NCBI RefSeq assembly: GCF_044704955.1
Contig: NC_091978.1
Span: 269,452,001-269,516,000, forward strand
Direction of reading: 5' to 3'
Source: Pristiophorus japonicus
Taxonomy: Eukaryota
Length of the DNA: 64,000 nt
Under the pieces are notes generated by a model. That model was not told the DNA's origin. It searched no databases and saw only the letters and a program-made list of their open reading frames with translations. This document shows, one piece after another, positions 36,603-48,011 of the stretch; position 1 is the first letter of the stretch, and every line of letters starts with the position of its first letter. The position numbers were made by a program, and so were the translations under genes.

Positions 36603-36930
36603 TGCTGCTGTGCCGGTTCCCAGCGCTGCACGTGTGGAGGCTCTGCCCTACACAAGTCACTGGTCCTCCGGCGCACGCACCGGCCCTGGAGCGCGCGCGC
36701 TCAGCCACCGGGTTGTATTTACATTCCACAACATCAGCTGTTCCATTAGGGCCCGCCGCTCATTGGCTGCCAACGGAAGAGCGTTCAGACGTCAGAATGG
36801 ACCGCCGGCCGTTGATTGGCTGGGCAGGTGGACTGATGTAGCGAGACCGGGCGCGCGAGCCAATGGCGAAAGGAGCGTTCGACAAAAGAGCTGGGCCCAG
36901 GGAAAGCACCGCGGAGTCACACACCGAGCA
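36603..36930 (-). promoter_or_regulatory. MSMO1 promoter and 5' UTR (CpG-rich)
   Basis: CpG-rich; three CCAAT boxes (ATTGG near 36762 and 36815, CCAAT near 36860); CRE-like GACGTCA near 36788; E-box CACGTG near 36628; TATA-like TGTAAATA near 36717-36724 on the minus strand. Confidence 0.75.
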
Positions 36931-36984
36931 TTCAATCTTTTTAATAGCACAGGAGAAGGGGCCTATGTAGTTATGAAAAAGAGC

Positions 36985-37375
36985 TATCCAGCATAAGGAG
37001 GGATTTGAAAACAAGGATGAGAATTTTTAAATCGAAGCGTTGCTTAACCGGGAGCCAATGGAGGTCGGAGAGCACAGGGGTGATGGGTGAACAGGGCTTG
37101 GAGCAAGTTAGGACAAGGGCAGCCGAGCTTTGGATGAGCTCAAGTTTACGTGGGGTGTAAATGGGAATGGCAGAATCAACAGCTGCCATGTGGGAAAAAA
37201 TAGGGCAGAAGTTATGGTCTGAATGTGATGTTGAGTTGGGAAGGTTGTAAAATGCCAAATCAAAAGATGAGGTACTATTCCTCAAGCTTACATTGGAACA
37301 GTGTCGGAAGCCGAGTACAGAGGTCAGAGTGGGAGTAGAGCGGAGAATTAAAGTGACAGGCGACCAGCAGCATAC
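36985..37375 (-). mobile_element. L2 fragments
   Basis: KLELIQSSAALVLT...PITPVLSDLHWLPVKQRFDLKIL, an L2 ORF2 C-terminus. Confidence 0.75.
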
Positions 37376-37394
37376 GGACTGATCGTACCTTTTG

Positions 37395-37612
37395 TCATTT
37401 AATTACTCCTGCCTTCCACCCTATCACAGACCATCCCTTTTCTTTCCTCACCCCCCCCCCTTTTTTTGCTGCTCCTGCACTTGCTTAAAATCTGTTACAT
37501 CTCTACATTTTCCCAGTTCTGACAAAAGGCCATCAACCTGAAACGTTAACTCTGTTTCTCTCTCCACAGATACTGCCTGACCTGCTGAGTATTTTCAGCA
37601 CTTTTTGTTTTG
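37395..37612 (+). mobile_element. Penelope-like element terminal-repeat fragment with hammerhead ribozyme relic at 37515-37551
   Basis: AGTT-CTGACAA-AAGGCCATCAACCT-GAAAC-GTT-AACT followed by CTCCACAGATACTGCCTGACCTGCTGAG. Related copies at about 44883-44955 and 62037-62140. Confidence 0.65.
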
Positions 37613-37614
37613 TC

Positions 37615-38810
37615 TCCTGAATGGCCTGGCTCTGATTTTTACGGCTGTGTTCCCTTGTCCTAGACTCCCCCAGGCAGCGGAAAATGTTTCTCTCTACCCG
37701 ATCAATTCCTTTCAAAATCTTAAAAACCTCAATCAAATCACCCCTTAACATTCTATATTCCAGGGATTACAAGCCTAGTTTTCGTAATGTTTCATCATAA
37801 TCTAACACTTGGAGCCCTGGTACCATTCTGGTGAAGATGCACTGCACTCCTTCCAAGGCCAATATATCCTTTCTATGGTGCGGTGCCCAGAACTGTACCC
37901 AGTACTCCAGATGTGGTCTAACCAGGGCTTTGTATATCTGCTTCTTTATATTCCAGCCTTCTAGTTATAAAAACTAAGGGTTCGAAATTCGGTTTCTTAC
38001 GCCACCAGTTATGCCAGAGAGGGACGGCGAAGTACTTACCGTCAGCGCCAACCGGGTTCCTGGGCTCATGTTAAATTTAGTTAGGCAGTGGTGGCGGCGC
38101 CAAGATGTACTGTTGCGTGCTCGGCCACCACCCACGTGGTGACGTCCAAGCATGAAACGCCCCCTTGGCGCGATGGCTCCGCAATGAGGTGAGTACGGTG
38201 GCCTTACCGGCTGGCGTCTACAACCTGGGAAAGATGATAGGACACTCGGGTATTAATGGGACCAGTGGGGAAGTGTGGGTGAGGGCAAGTGTCGGAAACT
38301 TTAAAAAAAATACTCGCATGCCGGCAGCCTACCGTTGGGAAATTCGGTTGGCCTCCTGAGATGGTGCTCCGTTGGTACCCGAGCATGAATGTGCACATCT
38401 CTCTCATCTTTGGGCGGCAAAACTGAATTTTGCAGTTTGAGGTGGCACCGCCTGGCATTCAAATCAGCACTCAGCCGGTGGCACCGCCTCAATCGTCGGG
38501 ACCAAATTTCGACACCCAACATTCCATTAGCTTTTTTGATAACTTTTTGTACCTGAACTTTACATTTTAGTGATCTGTGTGGACCCCTAAATCCCCTTGG
38601 AGCTCCACTGTTCTTAGCTTTTCACCTTTTAAATACTACTCGGATCTATCCCTTTTTGGTCCATAATGGATGACCTCACACCTATATTGAAATCCATCTG
38701 CCAGTTTTATCCACTCACTTAAACTATCAATGTCTCTGTCATTTTTTGCTCCAGTCAATACTACTTACAATACCACCAATCTTTGTCATCGGCAAATTCA
38801 TTGACATAAA
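37615..38810 (-). mobile_element. Old CR1 fragment interrupted by a MITE
   Basis: LRGDLIEVFKILKGIDRV; the CR1 sequence resumes after 38517. Confidence 0.75.
37978..38516. mobile_element. Harbinger-like MITE inside a CR1
   Basis: Termini GGGTTCGAAATT and AATTTCGACACC; probable 3-bp TSD TAA/CAA; CpG-rich interior. Confidence 0.65.
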
Positions 38811-39589
38811 AATGAGGAAAATAATACGTACCATTGCCAACTCTAGTTGGAAGCATTCCTGGAGGTCTGACCAAGTGCCATCTGCAAATGTTATTGCATT
38901 TATCTTCCAACGTTTGGGTCCCCTTAGTTGAGTATCTTTGTGGCTTTGCACCAGCAGCTGTTGTGCGAGAAGTTCTGAGAACTCGAAGGCTACCCGTGAG
39001 CAGGTGAAGAGGGGAAATCGAAAGTGAGGGAGCAATTCAGAGGTGAAGGGAAACTTTAATTCCACCAGGAACTAATAATAACTCATTGCAATTGCACCAA
39101 TAACTAACAATAATACTGGTAACACTCAGATTCCTCTCATAACCAACAATAATACAATAACTCACTGATGGTCTATAGGTAACTGGTAGTAATAGGTCTA
39201 ATGATATGTTATCCAACCTGTAATTGGTAGTAATCCTATATTCACTATATTACAGCCAGAATCCCCCTGCACTGCACAAGATGCGGGCAGGCTCCCTAGT
39301 CTATGCCACTTTTCATAGGCCCCATTCCTTTCCCAATCTCCTTGGATTCTGGTTCGGACTCCGGTTCTGAGAGAAGATGACAACTTTGAACTGGGAACCT
39401 CAGTCAGAGCCAATCTGTACTTAGAGATTCCTCACATCAAAACTGGCCGGCTCAGACTGACCTGAATCAAACCGAGATCACACAAAGGGCAATGGGCTCG
39501 GTGTTTGGGGCATTACTCATAGCACATTGTCCCAAGGCCCGCTGAGCACCAACATTCCTAAACCAGTCCTAGTTAAGGCTCAAAAAAGA

Positions 39590-41536
39590 GTTTGGTACGG
39601 CACTCATCTCTGCCTGCTTAAGTTCAAGTGATGCAGACTTGATATGGCGAACAACTGGTTTAGCCATTCATCGCCATATCTGGCTGGACCACATAAAGCA
39701 CTATCGGGCCCTGCTCTCATCTGATATCACTGTTCTCGGAATATCCTGGAATGCAAAGATAATCCCCGGGTTCTATTCTCTACTGTTAACCGTCGTCTTA
39801 AACGCCCACCACCCTCACCTCCAACAATAAGTGCAAGGAGCTCATGGACTTCTTTGTCACTAAAATTGGGACAATCCGTTCAGCTGCCTCTGCCGCTTAC
39901 TTCCCTTCTCGTAGCCCACTGGGCCAAACTTTGTCTAAGGTTCCCCTTTGCCCAATCGCTGAACTCACATTTTTCTCGTTTCTTTCATATTTCCCCTCAT
40001 GCCGTCTCCAAGCTCATCTTGTCCATGAGAACCACCTCCTGCTCCCTCGATCCTATTCTCACTAAACTGCTGACCACCCAACTTCCTTTCCTGACCCCGA
40101 TGTTAGCTGGTCCTGTCTTCTGCTCCCTCAAATCTACCCCCCCCCCTCTCAAAAAACAGTTGACTCCTCCATCCTTTCAAACTACCTCTCCACCTTCAAC
40201 CTCTCTTTCATCTCCAAAGTTCTTGAACGTGCTGTCGCCTCCCAAATCCATGCCGATCTTTCCCAGAGCTACGTATTTTTAATCCCTCCAATCAGGTTTC
40301 TGCCCCGCCACAGTACTGAAGTGGCTCTTATCAAAGCCACATTCTAGGTGACTGACTGTGGCAATCTATTCCTTTTCTGACATGGTTGACGACACCATCC
40401 TCCAATGCCTCTCCACAGACGTCCAGATGGGTGGGACGGCACTCACTTGATTCCAGTCATAGCCAGAGAATCACCTGCAGTGGCTTCTCTTCTCACAGCC
40501 GTACCTTTACCTCTGGTGTCCCCCAAGGATCTAGCCTTGGCTCCCTCCGATTTCTCATCTACATGCTCCCCTCGGCAACATGCTCCGAGACTAGAGCATC
40601 AGTTTCCACATGTACGCTGACAACACCCAGTTATACCTCATCACCATCCTTCTCAACCCCTCCACCGTCTCTAAATTGTCAGACTGCTTGTCCGACATCC
40701 AGTATTGGATGAGCAGAAATTCCTCCCAACTAAATATTGGGGAAAACCAAAGCCATTATCTTCGGTCCCCGCCACAAACTCCTTTCCCGAGCCACCAATT
40801 CCATTCCCCTCCCTGGCAACTGACTGAGGCTGAACCAGACTGTTCGCAATCTTATCATATTTGACCCGAGTTTTGCTTCCAACCACATATCCATACCATC
40901 ACGAAGACCGCATATTTCCACCTCCATAACATCACCCGACTCCGCCCTGCCTCAGCTCATTTGCTGCTGAAACCCTCATCCATGCCTTTGTTATCTCTGG
41001 ACTTAACTATTCCAATGCTCTCCTGGCCGGCCTCCCACATTCTACTGTCCGTAAACGTGAGGTAATCCAAAACTCTAACCGTGTTCGTACTTGCACCAAA
41101 TCGCATTCACCATTACTCCTGTGCTTGCTGACCCACATTAGCTCTCAACTAAGCAACGCTTTGATTTTAAAATTCTCATCCTTGCTTTCAGATTCCTCCA
41201 TGGCCTTGCCCCTCCCTATCTCTAATCTCCTTCAGCCCTACAACCCTCCGAGATATCTGTGCTCCTCCAATTCTGGCCTCTTGAACATCCCTGATTTTAA
41301 ATCACGCCACAATTTGCGGTTGTGGTTTCAGCTGCAAAGACCCTAACTTGTGGAATTCCCTCCCGAAATCTGTTCGCCTCTCTTTCCTCTTTTCAGACAC
41401 TCGTTAAAACCTACCTCTTTATCTGCTTTAGTATTTCCTTATGTGGTTCAGTGTCAAATTCTGTGCGATAATACTCCTGTGAAGCGCCTTGGGAAGTTGT
41501 AGTATGTTAAAGGCATTATATAAATACAAGTTGTTG
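39590..41536 (+). mobile_element. L2-clade LINE, 5' truncated, decayed
   Basis: SCSLDPI, SGVPQGSSLG, YADNTQLY RT motifs; 3' end AAATACAAGTTGTTG. Confidence 0.88.
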
Positions 41537-44000
41537 GTGCAGAATAGAAATTACAGGACAGGAGGCCATTCACCCCCCAGTACCTATGCCGGCACCATTT
41601 CCTGTAACCCTATTCCGCCAGATCCTTTTATATTCCTCCTGTTCAAATACTTATCCCATTCCCTTTTAAAGTAGGTTCTAGTCTCTACTTCAATAGCCAC
41701 CTGCAGTAAAGCATCTAATAGACCTCAGTTCAAAAACCTTCCTTCTCCCTTTGTTCTTCCAGTGAGAATACTCTGTCTCCCTCCTCTTGTCTCCCATTTG
41801 CCCATCAGTGGAAACAATCTTTCACTGTTTATCCACAGTAAAAGTACCCAGGTTTCACTCACCACTTTACTGACTGCTCTTTATGACTTGGCTGCTGCTC
41901 TTCCTGATTCTGCAGAAAATGTTTATTCTCCCATTTCCCATCCTGCAATCTCCCCCTCTCTCCACTCCTCCAGATTCCATATCCCCATCACACTCCAAAA
42001 ATCTTTGCTGAGACAAGAGTATAAACTGGATGTAATGAATTCAGTGCAAGAAATTGGAATATAAGCCGGTGGGTGACATTTAGCTCATTTATTTTTTTCT
42101 TCAATAAATCCAAATTTTTGTACACAAATTAAGATATTACATACAGATTAGATTCTTAGCTAGTGCTTTAGTTCGTACTCTTTGAATGCTTTCCCTCAGA
42201 GCAGAATTGATAGATTTTGCCGAGATATCAAAGACAAAAAAGTTTACATTCTGTATGTCAAAGTTACAATCTATGTTGATTGCAGTACGCATATTGCACT
42301 TTGCTTGAGTTATCCTTAAAGATGAAAAACTGTAACAATCACTATTTAATGGACAACTTTTCCATTTAGCCATAACATTTCATAAACTATTAACAAAATA
42401 AAAGAGGTAGAAATAGGTAAAGTCTACTTGTCTGTCCTATTCATATCTCTACAACTTATCCTATAATTTCTTTAAAACATTTGTCTTCCTGTTAGCTTTA
42501 ATGCTTCCGCTATTCTGCCCCAACAGCTTTAACACACTCCAGGATCCCCCAGAGTGCTCCAAATCCGAGCACCCATCCCAGTGCTATCATATCCTCGCAA
42601 TCGTCACCCTCAGTGCTGACAGAACTTGATACCTCCCTAAATAGACCTAGACCCCCTTGCCCAGAGTACTGGCATATCCTAAGACATCTCTCTACTGTGA
42701 CCAGCCATCAGGAGCCTGCTGATGCTCTCAGATCCTAAAACAGCCCCCCAACCCACTCCACACTCAATACTACCAATCAGGGAACCTCCCCACTGCCCCC
42801 CACCCCCACCCAATTGCAGACAGAACCCAACACCATCTCTACTACTCCCACATGCTGGATTTCTGGACCCCTCCAGACTGAATGCTACCAAACCCAGGAG
42901 CCTTCCCCCCCCCCATCCCCCACCATGCCCTTAACCCTCAACACTCCCCATCCCTTCCATTAGAGAGACTCGAACACTGTCCTTACTGTTACTACATACA
43001 ATGAACTCTGCACCCTTTCCCTGCACCCCAGCATTTGGTAAACTGCAGCACCTCTTCACTCCCACAGTGCTTCTATACCTCTCGTCGCCCCCCCCAACCC
43101 TACTGCTGTCAGACCATAAAACTCCACCACTGCTAGACCCCAGGAATCTCCCTGTAAAGCAAAGCTCTCCGTGCACCGCTGTGGTACCAAACCCCAGTTT
43201 CCTCAACAGTACAGCCATATTCCAGGAGCATCCCTCAAATATATAATACCCCAGGATCTTCCCAACTAAACTCGCACATCTATCGCCAATCTCTTACATG
43301 TTGCCCATCATCTTCCTGTATAAACTGGGCTTTTAAAAGGTGAGATAAGCTTAAAAGCACAGAATAAAGTAATTTATGGTTTTCAAGGAAAAATGTATTG
43401 TGCCACAAAATCAATCCCCAAAACATCCGCAACATCCCAAAGTACCATGTAAAATGGACTTTGACTTATTCGTCATCATGTCATTGGCCCTGATCGTGCG
43501 TTGGTGTAAGACCCATATTGTTATAAAACAGTCCATCACCCTAAACAGTCGCACAAGTAATTATTGAAAGTTTCCCATATCGCACGGCAGACAAAATTTG
43601 TAAAGAGCCACATTGACTAAGAGAGTCGTGTAATTTTTCTCATTGGTTCACATTCAATTTTAATATATTTATTTGCTGAAATATAGTTCAAAGATTGCTC
43701 AGAAAAGCAACCACTTGAAAGGTTGAAATTTCAAATAATTACATTACAGCAGTTTTCCCCTAACCTAGTTGTAGCCACTGTTTATATTACTACCTGGCTG
43801 AATTATAGAGCCATATACTGAATTTTTAGAGTAACAAATCCATAATTTTATTTCCCTCCGCCCTAAGTTACTCATACATTACATTTCCATGCTATTCCAC
43901 ATTTCTGCACTAACTAACCGCATTTTTTTGGTTGGGCACAGGGAGAAGATAAGTAGGGGCTCCTTCAGCTCATGTTGGCTCCAAACTGATATCCTAGTTA

Positions 44001-44865
44001 ATCATAGAAACATAGAAAATAGGTGCAGTAGACCATTCGGCCCTTCAAGCCTGCACCACCATTCAATAAGATCATGGCTGATCATTCCCTCAGTACCCCT
44101 TTCCTGCTTTCTCTCCATACCCCTCGATACCTTTAGCCGTAAGGGCCATATCTAACTTCTCCTTTAAATATATCCAATGAACTGGCACCAACAACTCTCT
44201 GCGGTAGGGAATTCCACAGGTTCACAACTCTGAGTGAAGAAGTTTCTCCTCATCTCAGTCCTAAATGGCCCACCCATTATCCTAAGACTGTGTCCCCTGG
44301 TTCTGGACTTCCCCAACATCGGGAACATTCTTCCCGCATCTAACCTGTCCAGTCCCGTCAGAATCTTATATGTTTCTATGAGATCCCCTCTCATCCTTCT
44401 GAACTCCAGTGTATAAAGGCCCAATTGATCCAGTCTCACCTCATATGTCAGTCCAGCCATCCCAGGAATCAGTCTGGTAAACCTTCGCTGCACTCCCTCA
44501 ATAGCAAGAACGTCCTTCCTCAGATTAGGAAACCAAAACTGAACACAATATTCCAGGTGAGGCCTCACCAAGGCCCTGTACAACTGCAGTAAGACCTCCC
44601 TGCTCCTATACTCAAATCTCCTAGCTATGAAGGCCAACATACCATTTGCCGCCTTCATCGCCTGCTGTACCTGCATGCCAACTTTCATGTACCATGACAC
44701 CTAGGTCTCCTTTTCCGAATCTGCCGCCATTCAGATAATATTCTGCTTTCGTGTTTTTGCGCCCCCCAAAAGTGAATAACCTCACATTTATCCACATTAT
44801 ACTGCATCTGCCATGCATTTACCTACTCACCTATCCTGTCCAAGTCACATGCAGCCTCTTAGCGT
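44001..44865 (-). mobile_element. Young CR1 3' fragment
   Basis: Same family as 8170-9071 and 59791-61262; 178-aa ORF2 C-terminus and (ATGTTTCT)n tail. Confidence 0.92.
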
Positions 44866-45293
44866 TAACGTTAAAGAGAGTTAACGTTAACTCTGTTTCT
44901 CTCCACAGATGCTGCCTGACATGCTGAGATTTCCAGCATTTTCTGTTTTTATTAGCCGGACTCATTGTTGGGACATTCAGGGATAGACTGGGTACTGGGA
45001 TTCTTCCCACGCAGCTCCAGATAACTCTCCGCGTCAATGCTCTAAATGGTTGTAATCCTACCTGGACAAGTGGCAGAAAGCATACCAGTGTCCTCTGATG
45101 GTAAACTTTGTGGCTTTACTACTCCTGCTGACGTTACATTTAGTGACGAAAGCCTGATACTAAAGTCTGAACAAACAGGACTCTTAAAGGCTCGTTTGAA
45201 TACCTGCCAACTTAACTTGGTTATATTGTAAAAGACCACACAGCAACAGATAGATCATCATAGCAACAAGAACAAATCCAGGCCGGCTGGAGA

Positions 45294-45875
45294 TCAACAA
45301 CAACTTGTATTTATATAGCGCCTTTAACAGAGTGAAACGTCCCGAGGCACTTCACAGGAGTATTATGCGATAAAAATTTGATACCGAGCCACATAAGTAG
45401 AAATTAGCGCAGGAGAGGTATGTTTTAAGGAGCATCTTGAAGGAGGAAAATGGGGTGGAGAGGTTTAGGTGGGGAGTTTCAGAGTTTGATGCCTCAGCAA
45501 TAGAAGGCACGGCCACCAATTATAATCGGGACCGCAGACAGCTCGGGTGGTTATGGGGCTGGACGAGATTAGATATAGGATGGGGCAAGGCCAGAGAGGG
45601 ATTTGAAAATAAGGATGCAAATTTTCACATCGAGGCATTGCTTAACCGAAAGCCAATGTAGATCAGCGAGCACGGGTGATGGGTGAACGGGACTTGGTGC
45701 AAGTTAGGACACGGGGAGCCGAGTTTTGGATCATCTCTAGTTTACGTAGGGTAGAATGTGGGAGGCCAGCCAGGAGTGCGTTGGAATAGTCAAGTCGAGA
45801 GGTAACAATTGCATGGATGAAGGTTTCAGCAGCAGATGAGCTTGAGGCAAGGGCGGAGAAGGGTGATGTTGCTTT
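45294..45875 (-). mobile_element. L2 3' fragment
   Basis: IHAIVTSRLDYSNALLAGLP...IQNSAPRVLT; (CAA)n tail on the plus strand. Confidence 0.8.
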
Positions 45876-46223
45876 GAACACCTGCTTATGTTAGGTTGTG
45901 GACACAGAAAACAAGTCCGTAAACCAATCGTGGGTAGTATTTGTTGAAATCAATTGTTGACAAGCAACCATCTCAGTTGCGGTTTCAGGTTTAAAAAAAC
46001 GGCTTTTATAAAGCTAGACTTTTTTTCCAAGAGTGAAAAGAGAGACAGCTCCACCTCACCTTTCACTTCCTGGCACCGCCACCTCATGTGGTGGTATCTT
46101 GATTGTTTGCAAACAATCTTTTCGACAAGCTTGAGCCAAGCAGGAGTATATGACTTTTGTTATGAGGTTACTCTTCGTTAGATATTTAATTTCTAACGGT
46201 TTTGCTTTTTGGAAATTCAAAAG

Positions 46224-46321
46224 GCTTCTATCAAGTGCAATCATCATAATCTTCTATTCTTGCTGACGAGACATGGTTGTCTGCCCTTTTCCACATTGCT
46301 TTAAATGCTTGCTTCTAATGT
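46224..46321 (+). repeat. 98-bp direct duplicate of 47794-47891 (KLHL2 3' UTR)
   Basis: GCTTCTATCAAGTGCAATC...AAATGCTTGCTTCTAATGT; one mismatch between the copies. Confidence 0.92.
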
Positions 46322-46926
46322 TGTAATGTTAAGGGAATTGTAATTTGCGCATATTTTCTAATGTGTTAATAAATTACTATTTTCTTTATAAAGCCATGGT
46401 TTGCGCCTGAAGTTTCTTTAGAAAAAAACCTCATTAAAGTTAAAAATAACATTAAATCATGCATAGATAAAAAGGCAATACCCCAAAGTGTAAAATTATT
46501 TTGCAGCTTTTTTCGCCTAAACCGCACACATTTCCTGGTTCTCAACAACCTCACATTCTCCAGATTGGCTGGGTACCTGGCATACATAAACTATACTGAT
46601 ATGGATTTCCTAATAGTGTGGTTGAGAGATGCTTCAGTATGGTGATGCGTTTCCTCAAATGTCCGAGATTTGGCCGACAGAAAGAAAAGAAGAATGCAGA
46701 TAAAATTAACAGCATCTGAGATTTCTAGCAATAGTCTTTACACTGTATTCAAAACAGGGTAGAAAATATCAATGACAATGTTAGCGCATCAAAGCTTAAC
46801 AAGCTTATAATAAATCCTTCATCTTCCAGACATTAACCTGAATATCTTTCAAATTCCAGAAAGATGTATCCTACTTTCTCCCCATCACAAAGAGAGAGAT
46901 TTTTTCAATCAAACACAATAGAAAGT

Positions 46927-46932
46927 TTTATT
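46927..46932 (-). terminator. Candidate KLHL2 polyadenylation signal
   Basis: AATAAA on the minus strand, followed by a GT/T-rich stretch, about 1.05 kb after the stop. Confidence 0.45.
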
Positions 46933-47982
46933 TAAACAATTTGAGTAATGCAGGAAGTTATTTCTCCACAAAACAAATAAATTCTTCAGTGTTCATATTC
47001 CTTACAGCATACTAAACAAAATTGGCAAGTGTTACTCAAAAAAACAGCAGCAAAATGTAACCAGTACATAAATATACTGTATATTGGCAACACAACATGC
47101 AATTCAGGGAAAATGCACACGCATTTAATAATGTAAACTTACAACACTACTCTTCATGCCAAGAACTATTTTAAGTAAACCAAAAGTCACAAAAAAGTAG
47201 GAATGCATCAAAACGTGGTCATGATTTAATAGAAACAAAGAACAAATCATACATTTCAAAATCTTCCTGCACTTACTTATTAGTTGCATGATTTTTTAAA
47301 AATTGGAAATGCATTTAAAAGTTTTGGTACAGTCTTTATTTTTTTTCTCCACAAGTGATAACTTAGTGTTAAACAAATACTACTACTCTTGACTGGTATT
47401 TTTTCTGTACCAAATCAAAAATAAATTAAATATTTAATCAAGGCTTGAAGTGCTGTGCCAACAGCAAAAGGTAGTCAAAATTATGGTCCTGTAACCAAAA
47501 TGTAACTGTTGACAACTTGCACATCGACCTCCATAGTCAGACATATGGAAGCAGTTTATTTGCCACTATACAATTGTAACCATTACTCTGTTTCCTTTTC
47601 ACAAGGTTTGTGAAGCCACTATCTGTAGTGTCCATAACAGAGTGATGCTTTGTTTCACACAACACTCAAGTCTATCTTGCCTGACACACGTCAGTATTTC
47701 TATAGCAGCTTTTAAAATTTCAAATCCTATACTTCAAGGCTCCATTCCAACACTACACGCTAATAGCTGTAATGTAGCCCCTTTCCATGTAGTGCTTCTA
47801 TCAAGTGCAATCATCATAATCTTCTATTCTTGCTGACGAGACATGGTTGTCTGCCCTCTTCCACATTGCTTTAAATGCTTGCTTCTAATGTGGTCATTAG
47901 CAAAGTGCTAAAAAGTTGAGCTACTTCATGAAATACCATTTCAATGAAGAATCCAGTATTCACCATATCCAACGTACTTTAG

Positions 47983-48011
47983 TCATAAAGGTTTGTCAAT
48001 TACTGTAACAC
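47983..48011 (-). CDS. KLHL2: Kelch-like protein 2, terminal coding exon
   Basis: TTTTAG acceptor then (G)VTVIDKPL*, the known KLHL2 C-terminus. Phase matches the exon at 63002-63145; synteny with MSMO1. Confidence 0.9.

Noticed and set aside
42540-43270. C-rich region with short Pro-rich ORFs
   Set aside because: No definable repeat unit, termini or protein motif.
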